NCBI RefSeq assembly: GCF_006345805.1
Contig: NW_021834309.1
Location: 1 to 50,037, forward strand
Source: Octopus sinensis
Lineage: Eukaryota
DNA length: 50,037 nt
Direction of reading: 5' to 3'
Shown here: in pieces, positions 37,590-50,037 of the stretch
Numbering within the stretch: the stretch's first letter is position 1
Layout of the letters: the number at the start of each line of letters is the position of its first letter
Notes under the pieces: model-generated
What the model was told of the DNA's origin: nothing
Seen by the model: the letters and a program-made list of their open reading frames with translations, nothing else
The model's database searches: none
Translations under genes and position numbers: made by a program

Positions 37590-37789
37590 TACACACATAC
37601 GATAACAATCACACAATCATTGCATCACACACATAGTTATGCATACGCAAGCGTTTCTCTCACCCTAAATCTTACTCTTTGACTCCTACACTACTGAATT
37701 ACAGATGCACCTAAGTTCACACGTGCTTATTATGGCCTATAGTACTTTACAGAGTTGTCGCCGGTTTTAGTCATTTATCTATTAATCCA

Positions 37790-38089
37790 AATCAGTTCCG
37801 ATCGAAATTACTTATATTCGAACTCTTCCAGAGGAAGCCTGTCAAAGTAGTTTCTTTCAGCGTCACAAAATTTCGGTCACTACTCATCAAAAAACAGTTA
37901 TGCATCTTACCTTCACTCGTCTTGAACAACATGCAACTAAAACCCTCAAAATCGCTTCCAGACGCCACTTTTGTTGATCCCTTTCTCACAATCAGTCCAA
38001 AAGACTAGCCTTCCTCTCCAAGAATAGGAAACATTAGAGATTTGATTCCTTGCTCACTCATAATGACCAAAATGGTATACTGCACTGCT

Positions 38090-38153
<64 letters not shown>

Positions 38154-38555
38154 ACACACACATACACGCACACACATATACACACTTATACATGCGCGCT
38201 TCATTGAATGCAACTAAAAGAAAGACATTTGTTTTGCTATCAAATGCCCATTTGCCAATAAAAAAAATAGCCACTGAATCGCATCCCTCTCTTCTTATTC
38301 TACCATTGTCAATGTTATCTTCGCCTCTGAACTATCTAGTTGCATACCACCGCCTCCTAAACCAGCTTCTTTCCCTAAGCTCTCCTCCTTGGATCAACTC
38401 TACTGCCGCATCACTTACGCTCAACACTAACTACTATTGTCGAGCATCACACTCGATGACGTCAAACTTTCTAGAAATGTTTGCACACTATGTTTTTCCT
38501 GCTGTCTTCAACCTACAGATATCTAATTTGAGAGAAACCACTTCTCCCGTTTAGA
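37790..38555 (+). pseudogene. Old CR1-like LINE C-terminal remnant interrupted by a microsatellite
   Basis: SKRLAFLSKNRKH and terminal HYVFPAVFNLQ resemble CR1/Zenon C-termini. Confidence 0.45.
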
Positions 38556-38991
38556 GAAGAGGTAGCAGATGTGTACACAACACAAGCCAGTCTCTTCTTA
38601 CCGTTGGTATCTATCCGTGGCAATGACAACAAGATCATTAAATCTAATATTGCATCAAACTAGATCCTCATTAGACTCTTACGTATCTCCGTTTGGTATT
38701 TGTGATTCGAAATAGTGACAAGTGGCAGATCCAATTAAAATAGATGTATTTTAACGTAATTTTTAGTCAGCGTTAAATGTTCAGTATATCTTCATGTGGA
38801 TACGTATACATATATATATACATATATTAAGAGAAGTCACAAAAGTGGCAGAGGGTACTGACTAGCACCACTATTGCTAGAAATAAGAGTTAAAACAACT
38901 CAAAAGCTACAAAGCACTATCTTAATTTCAAATTGCTAATAAACCACCCATGTTTACATATATATATATATTATATATATATATATATTAT

Positions 38992-39023
<32 letters not shown>

Positions 39024-39343
39024 CATATATAGTTTACAGTTCCGTTAGAGTTAGGATCAACAGAGTACTCCATCCAAAGAGAGATAAATATTTAATATAC
39101 ACAATTTACAAAGAGCTGTTAATAGCTTCATGCGTTAGAGATACTTGGCAGCTTTATATAACAGTCTATGTATCTCTAAGTCATTTTTCAAGCCCAGTGC
39201 ATATCATTGGATATATTTAAAAACCAGGAGGCTGGTAACGAGAAAACATTTAAAGATTAAAAGGAAAGACGAAAACCATGACCTGAGTCCTATTTATCTG
39301 TAGAAATCATAATTAGTCTAGCTACTGTAGAATAATGTAACAG

Positions 39344-39397
<54 letters not shown>

Positions 39398-39663
39398 TTG
39401 GTTTATTCAAAGCAATGAATAGCTTATGACGAAACCATGGTATGCTTTGTTTTCTGACTCTTTAATCATCTCATAATAATGACTTTTATGACTTTTATAC
39501 TACCTCAGTCCATCTAAATGTATATATCTGTCGTTACCTTTCATAAAAAGCCTTTTCTTTTTTTTCTGTTTTATTTACAATGTGCATTTTCGTTGATTTT
39601 TCTTAGTTTCCCCTTACATTTCCACGTGTATTTTATATTTTCTTTCTGTAACATATTTCTACC

Positions 39664-39719
<56 letters not shown>

Positions 39720-40009
39720 TATATATATATATAATATATATATATTGGTTTATTCAAAGCAATGAATAGCTTATGACGAAACCATGGTATGCTTTGTTTT
39801 CTGACTCTTTAATCATCTCATAATAATGACTTTTATGACTTTTATACTACCTCAGTCCATCTAATGTATATATCTGTCGTTACCTTTCATAAAAAGCCTT
39901 TTCTTTTTTTTCTGTTTTATTTACAATGTGCATTTTCGTTGATTTTTCTTAGTTTCCCCTTACATTTCCACGTGTATTTTATATTTTCTTTCTGTAACAT
40001 ATTTCTACC

Positions 40010-40010
<1 letters not shown>
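39398..40010 (+). repeat. Direct duplication of a ~265 bp block (period 347) separated by (TA)n; each copy has an HHR-like motif
   Basis: 39398-39663 and 39745-40010 are nearly identical; motifs at 39408-39449 and 39755-39796. Confidence 0.85.
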
Positions 40011-40070
<60 letters not shown>

Positions 40071-40075
40071 AATAT

Positions 40076-40139
<64 letters not shown>

Positions 40140-40160
40140 TATATATACATAATATATATA

Positions 40161-40191
<31 letters not shown>

Positions 40192-40228
40192 CATACATAT
40201 ATATATATATATACATACATATATATAT

Positions 40229-40586
<358 letters not shown>

Positions 40587-40842
40587 ATATATATATATTG
40601 TCCTTATGAATCCAAGAATCCTTATAAAAATTTTGTGTTGTAATGTATTTAACCATCTACTTTGGTTTCGCTGTACTGGCGCCTTCCAAATAAAAATAAT
40701 GTAGGTTTAAGAATATATATTATATGCCAATACATACATACATACATACATACATACATACACGTACGTACGTACATATATATATACATACATACATACA
40801 TACATACATACATACATACATACATACATACACGTACGTACG

Positions 40843-40876
<34 letters not shown>

Positions 40877-43169
40877 CATACATACATACATACATACATA
40901 CATACATACATAATCACTCACATATACACAGACTAATATACTAGAGACGAAAAACGCTTAGCATGTCAATACACTATTGAGTAGTAGTGAGTGATCTGTC
41001 GCCAGATTTAGTTTTTGTCTTTGCTGTGAGAATATCACCATTCTGCTTTTGCTTTTTTTTTTTTGCTACAGAATGATAACACAGTTTAATGTCAGGAGAT
41101 GGTGACGAATGTAAAAATATAAATATATCATGAACTAAACGTACATGGCTACTACTAGCATACATGCAACATATTTATACGGAAGAAAATAATTTTTTCT
41201 CGATATATATGCGAGGGTGTAAGAGAGTATATTCGTGCGTGTCTGTTAACGTGTTATTGATAACGAAATAGGTAAAGAGTACTCAAAGCTAGAAATAGAG
41301 TATGAAGAATGTATTTCAGTCAGCTAAAATCATTGCTGTATCTTTATGCCAGCTGCGTCATGTAACGGTAGAGCAAAGAGGCTTTTTCTTTTTGATTTTG
41401 CGCAAGAAGGCATAAGTTGCAAACCTTTCAGGACATCCCTTATCAAGGTACTTCCCATCTACAATCTGAAGTTCCTGAATTACATGGGGCAACAGCTGGA
41501 GATTTTCACATACATTCACCTTCTTACTCTATCCATTTCTCCTAACTTTTCTATCCGGCCTTTCTCAAGGAATGATTTGGTTACAAACGTTGATTAGTTA
41601 CATGGACAATCCTTCCTTCCAGAAATTTTCATTGGTTTTATAACCTCTACGCACCTTTTCAGTGCTATTCTCTTACAGAGCTTCAAAATTGTTGTTATAT
41701 TAGTGTTGCATTGTAATTATTTTTTCTCCAGTTTTCCAATTTATTTTCACTTCTCTCTTCCTCTGAACTTGTAACATTCCTCTCTTTTTCACTTCTCGAA
41801 TACATTTCTTTCATTTCTTCCTTTTTTTTTTTTATCCCTTCAATATGCTATACATCCATCTACATACCTCACTAATTTTCTTCTTCAACAGAACAAAAAG
41901 ACTTTTTGTACCAGCGTTGTAGTTATTCTTTCTCTAGATTTTCATTTATTCTTCTCTCACTTCTCTTCTCCCCTTAACTCTCATCTTATCTCCATCTTTC
42001 GTTCCCTTCCATTCAACTGTGTCTCACACGCATACCCTTTCATGCACTTTGATCATACCCTCCACATTCCTTTTACCTTCCATTTTGTCACATACTCGTA
42101 CCTCTTGTGCCTATCTCAAAATATAGACACAATCCTCTGTGCACGCAATTATACACCCTTCCCGTCTCCCTTCTTAACTCCCCACATAGAACTACATTAT
42201 CACGTAGTCCCTAACCTCACACCTGTTTTTTTCTTCTCTATTACTTTTCCTCTTTATCACTCCTCCTATGCTTTTCTTCTGATGAAAGTTTTCCCTTCTT
42301 TGTTCTAAGCGTTAAACTGATGCAATATTTGTTCAAACTTGTCTCTCCTGTGGTATTCTTTTTTTTCTTCATTTTGTTCTTGTTTATTATATTTCCAGCA
42401 TTAATGGATTTAACCTGTACGGTGACATATGTAAACCGTAATTCGTGACACCCACCCGAATTGACTATCCACACAAAAGGTCGGATTATGCAGCCATGAT
42501 CGTTCTCCTACCTGAATGTCAACTGAAATCTGATACTGGCATTTTTAAGGCTAAAACGTAATAACCAATAATCTCTTCCAGTTTCAAAGCTACTTCAGAA
42601 CGTCTACTTCTTTCGAATTCCGTAGTAAGAGAACCAACAATGGTTGTTCTGACAAAATGAACTTTGATATTTCAGAATATTTCTGAATGATTTCAAGGTA
42701 ACTGCGCCAAATGCCAAATCTTGGTAAGAGTAACTATAGCTGCATATCTGGATATTTACCTAGGTACAGGAATCACCAACTCCTACATCTAAGAGTATAT
42801 CTAAGCCATTGCATATATGGCGATAAAATAATGCTCTACGATGCAAACTTTTTACTCTCACCTCGATGGCAGCAGCCGTACCCATACCATTAGTAAATTA
42901 CGAATTTTCAAGATATCGACCTTCGAGAAATATGTCCCATTCCTGTAGTATTTTGCCACATTTATGCATTAATCTTGCAATTAATTCTGTAATCATTTTA
43001 TATTAACTCTGCGCATCTATCCTCGATTATCGCTGATTCAATCGTCAATAATCTGGGATAATACGCTACTATAAATATAAATGGTTACGCTTATCACAAA
43101 TTAATCTTTGTGTAATAAAACAAGTCGGCAATCAGACAAAGATTATGTTTGGACCGCAAAAACGCATCC

Positions 43170-43262
43170 CAGCAACCATCCACATCCCTTAGCACAACAT
43201 ACCCAAGGCACACAGAGCTGCGCTCGGTAGTGAAGTGAAAGCACACTATAAAAATAAAACTA

Positions 43263-43327
<65 letters not shown>
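43170..43327 (+). mobile_element. Probable LINE 3' UTR fragment with a long (AAT)n tail
   Basis: Unique block running directly into (AAT)n at 43266-43327. Confidence 0.4.
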
Positions 43328-44406
43328 GTAGGTGTAAACACATGAACAAAATAAAAATAAACAAAAAAACGACGTGGGACTGAACCCTAAACCATGTGTT
43401 TGAGAAAAAGCTTCTTACTACACTTACTTCAGACATTGAATTGCGGTCATACTGGGGCATTGCCTTGAAGTGTTTTATTGATCCAGTCGACCCTGTACTT
43501 TCTCAAGTACGGTACTTATCCTAAACCACTAAGATACAAAGGTGTAGACACACATACACACACAAGCACACACGCACAAATAGAGAGACAGACATATAAA
43601 TGTCAAATTAGTTCTTTCAAAATAAGTTTTAAAATATCAGCAGAACCCACAATGCTGGGGAAATTCAAAAGTGAAAGTAGAGTAAAATTTATTATAGAAT
43701 TACTTTTAAATGGGCTTAAATTTCCGTTCGATGATTTATTCAACTAATGAAAGATTTTCTTTCTAATGCCTATATTGAAAAAACATATTGAAAGCTATAT
43801 GAAATACGAGGATATGCTCCTATAGTGAGCGACAGTTATTGTCATAATTTCTATAAAAGAAGATTTTATTATCATCAGCCATGCAATTACGATATAACAG
43901 AACGAGAGCAATGGAAAAGAATTTAAACAAACGTATCTATATTTACAAGTGAATATATCTAAATAAAAATAATAAATAAGTAAATATATAAAAGATATTG
44001 ACAATAAAATTTGAGGTAAACGAAATAATGCAAATATATGTCGGCACTCGATGAAGTGTGAAAATGGACTGCTAGATTATTATATCTAATATATACAATA
44101 ATGAAATTTTGGACTGAAAAATAAATTTTATTTTTTATGTATTCAAATCATTAAGTGTGATCTGGCAACTTATTCATGCAGTGAAGACAGATTACCAGTC
44201 AAATCTAATTTTATTATAAGATTAGATGCATAGACATATATACATATACATATATATGTGTGAGAGATTGTTTAGTAACTAATACAATTGCTCCTGTTGG
44301 ATTTTGTGTTATATATGAGGTGTATGTGCATGTATATACGTATGTATGTATGAGTGAGTGCGGGGGTAGGGTTATGTATGGGGTTACAGAATTTAATTTA
44401 CACAAT

Positions 44407-44566
44407 ATTTACATTATTTACAATTAACGGATATTTGTCCTCATCTTGTTTGTTGTTAACACAATGTTTCAGCTGATATACCCTCAAGCCTTCATCAGGT
44501 GTTTTGGGGAAATTTCGAACCTGGGTTCTCATCCCTAAGGTATTTTCGATGTTGTTGTTGTTGTTA

Positions 44567-44597
<31 letters not shown>

Positions 44598-44945
44598 CAT
44601 TATTCAGGTCACTGCCTTCAATCAAACTCGGAATCTTGGGGTTAGTAGCACGCGCTCTTAACCACTACGCCGTATGCCCGTAGTGATTAAGAGCGCGGAC
44701 TACTAACCCAAGATTTCGAGTTCGATTCCAGGCAGTAACCTAAACAAGAAGAAGAAGAAGTAGAAGAAGATCGAAAAATACCTTAGGAATGAGAACCCAG
44801 GTTCGAAATTTCCCCAAGACACCTGATGAAGACTGGAGGGTATATCAGCCGAAACGTTGTGTTAACAACAAACAAGATGAGGACAAATATCCGTCAATTG
44901 TAAATAATGTAAATAATGTACATAATTCCTCATCTCTTAAATATA
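44407..44945. mobile_element. Head-to-head inverted element: tRNA-like head, trinucleotide linker and HHR-bearing Penelope-like tail
   Basis: Arms 44407-44669 and 44679-~44920 are reverse complements; A box ggcgtagtgg and B box gagttcgattcc; HHR in each arm. Confidence 0.78.
44818..44863 (+). ncRNA. Minimal type I hammerhead ribozyme (mirror copy at 44458-44503, minus strand)
   Basis: GACAC-CTGATGA-aG(A/G)CTG gagggtatat CAGCC-GAAAC GTT-GTGTT: canonical core, palindromic AACGTT stem III, GUU site. Confidence 0.72.
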
Positions 44946-45109
44946 CAACTGTATTAATTTACACAGGTTACAGTTTTAACGCTTACTGTTTTGTTACAGT
45001 AAAGTGAAGATTATCCTAGCATAATTCATTGTTGGTTCGCCAGTTGTTAGAAGATATGATCCTCTCACTCTTCTATCTCAGGAGAGAATTATAGCAATCG
45101 CAATCGCAA

Positions 45110-45572
45110 TTTAAATGAAACTCAGCAAGAAATTGTGCAGTAACACATCTGCCGGACTGAATCTCATTCCATTGAAATTTGCCAAATGCAGTCAAATGTA
45201 TAGATGAAATTTCTCCTCACTAATCTTCATCATATCATCCACCCTATCTGCGTACAAGATAAACTAACACCAGATTCGAAAGATGCTGTCATTGAAATTA
45301 TATACAAAAGAAAAAAAGAGCGCGTACACAATGCGAAAATTACCGAGATGTCTCTAGCTTCTGTGTTACTGGAAGATAGCTCACAAAAATTCTTATTGGT
45401 TGACTGATTCCCATATCAGAATGAATTCTTGCCGAAAGATAATGAGTTTAGAACAGACCGTGGAACAGTTGACATAATCTTTTCTTTAAGACAGATATTT
45501 CGAACAATGTCGTTCTCAACGTCGCTGTCTGTGTACAATTTTCAATGATTTTGTCAAGGCTTTTGATACTCG
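45110..45572 (+). pseudogene. RTE/BovB-type reverse transcriptase remnant
   Basis: DSKDAVIEIIYKRK..CENYR...FRTDRGTVDIIFSLRQI..EQCRSQ...FNDFVKAFDT with frameshifts. Confidence 0.8.
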
Positions 45573-46533
45573 ATTATGTGGCTTCGTTTCATGCACTGTT
45601 GAAGAAGGCTTAAAGACTGGAACTTCCCTATCTTAATTATCTGTAACTTAGATTTTCTAAAACACGCTCAAATACGTATTGATGTCATAATCATGCTACC
45701 AAATGATGCACGGTATGAAAATTTGTCGAGCCATAAGAATTAATTTCAGTTTGTGATTCATTCAAGAAAACCATTTCCTGTGAGTCCCATTCGTCGGCAG
45801 AGGCATATAGTATTATATGACATCTGGTCGAGGAACTGTGAAATAACTTAAGAAAACCTGATTTATTTCTATGCGTACGAAGAAAATAAGCGGTATTCTT
45901 TTTTGAAGAGCTTAAAATCTATCATTTAACAACTTTTAACAATTTATCTTATATTCTTTAATATATGCTACCACGTGCATATACATTTACGAGTAACATG
46001 GAATATGAACTATCTTTTCGAACAACGAAAGACACAAATGGAAAACAAGACAAACAACACAAAACACGACCCTTCATCAGTTGTTGGTTGTTTTTCTACT
46101 CTCGTATTTCGAACATTTCACTACATGATACGCCTTCGGTAAAACATTTGCTCCTAAAAAGCAAATTAGATAAAATTTGGGATTTTGCGGAGGGTTACAA
46201 CTGGTCATTTCTGGAACCACCGTTGACACTGGCTTACGCTTATTGTCCGATCCCCATATACTGCATTAATATTCCTCGCACTTTCCGTTGTGTTGTTGCC
46301 TTTATTGGAAGCAAAATATGCCGAAAAGGCTCCTTTGTCGCTTCCATTATAGCTTTGAAAAAATAACTGTTAAAATCGAACTGCACTTTTCAAAACTTGC
46401 ACTAAGAATAAGGACAAGCTAAAATTACTACCTGCTTTTATTTCAAGTTGATGCAGATAGTTTATCCCGTTCCCCTCCAATTTTTAATTCATGTAATTGA
46501 AAAAGCCAAATTGTTTATGGAGTGACCCAGTAC

Positions 46534-46683
46534 ATATATATACAAAGGACTTCTTTCAGTTTCCGTTTACCAAATCCACACACAAGGCTTTGGTCGGCCT
46601 GAAGCTATAGTAGAAGGCACCTGCACAAGGTGTCATGCAGTGGGATTGAACCTGGAATCATGCGGTTGAGAAGCAAGCTTCTT
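46534..46683 (-). mobile_element. SINE family A body; its head lies at 48380-48416
   Basis: Joining 48416-48394 to 46683-46534 reconstitutes the SINE 5' half. Confidence 0.75.
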
Positions 46684-48379
46684 TATTTCATGATATTGGT
46701 TATTACAGCCTTACATAGAGGGGACAACAGAAGGTGGAGGCAAAAAAAAAACGAATGGGAAGGATGAATTAAATGTAATGAAAGATGAAATGGAGCCGTT
46801 CGGCCCCCACCTCCGAGCGACTTCATTGAGCCTGTTAATACAACCTGTTAATACAACTTCTTTTAAACACTAGTTTATAATACCATTATTACTAGCGACA
46901 ACCGATTGCCATTTTTCGGAAGGATGTTTGAATTATGCTTCTATAAAATATAAAAACTTACTTGTTTAGGCATTGAGCTGGTGTCCTATTTCTTGACCCA
47001 CCACTCATAGTTATGGTTTTCCTCATAGTTCTTCAATCTCGACTTATATTCTGGGTCTGCCACTACACAACGAATGTACTTGGACACCCCCTTCACTCCT
47101 GATACATCCACTTTTATAACACTGTCCCACGAGTAAATTTCGGTATACAGTTCTTCATTTTCTCCACTGTACACTATAACATGTTTTTCCAAGGGCGTAA
47201 TTTGGGGCTCCTGTGTGCTTGTGTTTGTCTTCATGTCAGGTAGGACATGAAGAGGGCTGGTGTCTGTAGGAGGGGTTGGGGTAGAGTGGGTGTGGGTGGG
47301 AGTCGGATGGGTGTGGGATGGGGCTCGTCATTTACAACGTGCACCTTTTTTCCTCTTCTTTTTTCCATCCGTTTCCCATCCATTATTTACCTCTTCGACG
47401 CTGGTACTGGTTTTTGTCAGTGGTGCAGTTTCAATCTCCTTCTCTCTCTCGTGCGTCTCTTCAGCCTCCACAGGTGGTGAAGGACCAATTTCCTTTTCGT
47501 TCTTGTGCTTCTATCTGGCTTTTATGGGTGGTGGAGGATAGTCCGCTCTAATGTGGCCTTTCAGGCCACATTTATAGCACCGCGGAATCCTTCCTTCCAT
47601 CTAACTCTGAGTTTTGCTTCTCCGATCGTGATGGTCTCCATCATGATTTTGATGTCTTCCGGAGCTCCCTGTACTGTTGTGTCTAAGCTATGCTCTTTCT
47701 AGTTCCTGTGGGGTATTCTACTGGCCTGTAGAACCACTAGCCTCTTCTCCATTCTCAATAGTATAGCAGCTACCAACCAGGCTACATCCACTTCTGGGGA
47801 TATATCTTTTACCCTAACTCTGGAAGTACGTCTCCCAAAGTATACGAGTAGAAGCATCACTTCGTCTGTTTTTAACGGTGTTGTTGAATGCAGCTTAACG
47901 GTAGCTACCTCCCGAAACTGCACCTCCAGTGTTCCATACTTACTTCTCCTGGCAATTTCAATTACTTGACATTATTTAAATTTTTCTAGTTGCTACTGCA
48001 TACGTCCTGTAAATTATCGTTTTTTCACCCTTTTCTTTTAAAACTTCTTTGAAGCGGGGGAACACCTTCACTTCGTTCGCCTCCCGTTTAATCATTTCCT
48101 TGAATTTACTTAATTCTCCCAGATTCACGTTTTCACTTTTTTCTTTTGCCGCTTCAGCATAATTTTTTGTCTCCATAGCCTCGTCAATTCTTTTTAGACT
48201 TTTCAACAATTCTTCCTCAGACGACATAAAGTCTGGAGAAGAACTCGAACCTTTGTAATTCATAACGCACCCACGACGCTCTCCCATTAAACAAGAGGGA
48301 AGACGTCGCACACCACTGCTGCAAGACAGCCAAAAACGTGTTTCACAAAAAGATAACCGTTCGAACAATCAATAAACCG
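46684..48379 (-). mobile_element. ORF1-only retroelement (L1/Tx1-like gag knuckle), decayed
   Basis: Frameshifted ORF from ~48260 to 46986 containing EGRIPRCYKCGLKGHIRADYP; AATAAA at the 3' end; 14 nt TSD. Confidence 0.7.
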
Positions 48380-48421
48380 GAAGCTAGCTCCTTACCACAC
48401 AGCCACCCCTGCGCCTAATTA

Positions 48422-48457
48422 TGTGTGTGTGTCTGTGTCTGTGTCTGTGTGTGTGTC

Positions 48458-48523
<66 letters not shown>

Positions 48524-48535
48524 CGTGCGTGCGTG
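48422..48535. repeat. (GT)n microsatellite
   Basis: Directly visible. Confidence 0.95.
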
Positions 48536-49384
48536 AGTGCTCACGTATATATTATAAATATATTTATGGTCTACGGATATTTTTTACGCACTCTGGCCAC
48601 TGGTATAAATTAGCATTTTTAAATAATTTTTACCCTTTTCATACACACGCACACACACACACACACACACACACGTAAATTTGAACATATTCTTGTAGGT
48701 GGAAATCTCCTGTGCCGCCATCTCGAAAACTTACGCTCTGATACTTCAGATTTTACTTTCAACTCTTCCGAGAAAATTTTTTATAAGTGAAAGAAATTTC
48801 AATAACGAAATAAATAGAAAATATAGGCATTTCAACAATTTAAAACTTTGTATTTATGTAACATGAGAAACAACTCGCACACGGAAACTTACGTCCACAC
48901 TATCTTATACACACACACAGTACTATGTACACAAACACAAATACATTCACACACATATACGAACGCATCCTACCACAGGCACGGAGTTTCTCAAACATGT
49001 ATCTACATAAGCTCAATAGCAAGAAATGCTTCGCAACACTTAAGAGCATACAATAATCGAAAACTGTTGCAGAAGTCAGTTGAAATTTTGAAGTTCATTT
49101 GAGAAGATCACAGATGTGCGATGAGAATAACCATGAGATGAAATGAAGAATCAATAAAATTTCAAAAACAAATGTGAACAGTTTTTTTTTATTTTTGTTT
49201 TTTATATTTTGTTTATTTTTATTTTCTCTTCAATATGGTGATACTTCACAGTACTAGATTTATATATTGGTTTCAGTACACGGATCGCAACCAAGAAACA
49301 AATTAAGACACATTCACTAACACAACACCTATTGTGTATGTGTGTGTGATGTGGTGTTGTAGTGTATGTGTATATATATATATG

Positions 49385-49474
<90 letters not shown>

Positions 49475-50037
49475 GATGTAGTACGTACATATATGTTTGT
49501 ATGTATGCATATATTTTTTATTTATCTCCTTATGTCTGACAGCGCCCCGCATCAGGTTCGTTCCGATTCGTCGTTTCGATCCACTTCTTGGTCCCCTTTT
49601 TTTATTTTAGATTATTATTGAAGATGCGGTACTCTCTCCCTTTGCTTTAACCTCTTCAATCTTTCTCCCTCCCACGCCTCCTCTCTCTTCGCCGCGTTCC
49701 CCCTCCTCCTCCCCTTTCCTTGCCTATAAACAAAAATTCCTTTACACGTGGTTCCCACTATTGAAAAGACTGCCTCCACGCGCTGCTACTACACTTTCGT
49801 CCTTGCCAGCAAAAGTCTCTTCGTTCGTGTCCCTTGTGTGGTTGATTTCCTGTATAGTATTCTTGTTATTTTCTCGTTTGTAACTATTGTACTTTTTGTA
49901 CATGTATTTTTATTTTTGCAGTTTTAATCGTTTGTCTATGCCAGAAAAAAGACTTTTTCGTTCGTCCTCTTGTGTTTGTTTTTGTACATGTATTTTAATT
50001 TTGCAGTCTTATTGTTACGTCTTTGTTTGTGTTCGTA

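Noticed and set aside
41330-42330. Pyrimidine-rich block possibly related to the ORF1-only element
   Set aside because: Too decayed to align by eye.
46010-46100. CTGATGA...GAAA on the minus strand of the repeat shared with ~2895-3100
   Set aside because: Could not build stems I and III, so it is not counted as a hammerhead.

Overview
A 50 kb, very AT-rich stretch of animal genomic DNA. It is most likely an octopus or other coleoid cephalopod; this is inferred from remembered SINE families and the microsatellite load, not from a search. I found no credible host protein-coding exon, and most listed ORFs are translations of (TA)n/(TAGA)n/(TACA)n microsatellites. The window is a patchwork of transposon remnants: a 5'-truncated CR1-group LINE (EN+RT), maT (DD37D) and mariner fossils, Dong/R4, RTE and CR1 fragments, modular non-autonomous Helitrons plus a decayed Helitron PIF1 helicase, and three SINE families. 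The most interesting signal is non-coding. At least four unrelated repeat families carry minimal type I hammerhead ribozyme (HHR) folds in inverted or tandem, Penelope-style arrangements. These include a ~360 nt, highly base-paired, circularly permuted retrozyme-like unit (33588-34462) and a head-to-head element fusing a tRNA-like Pol III head to an HHR-bearing tail (44407-44945). A 1.7 kb ORF1-only retroelement with a 14 nt target-site duplication splits a SINE head (46684-48379). All folds and alignments were done by eye, and the boundaries of decayed elements are approximate.
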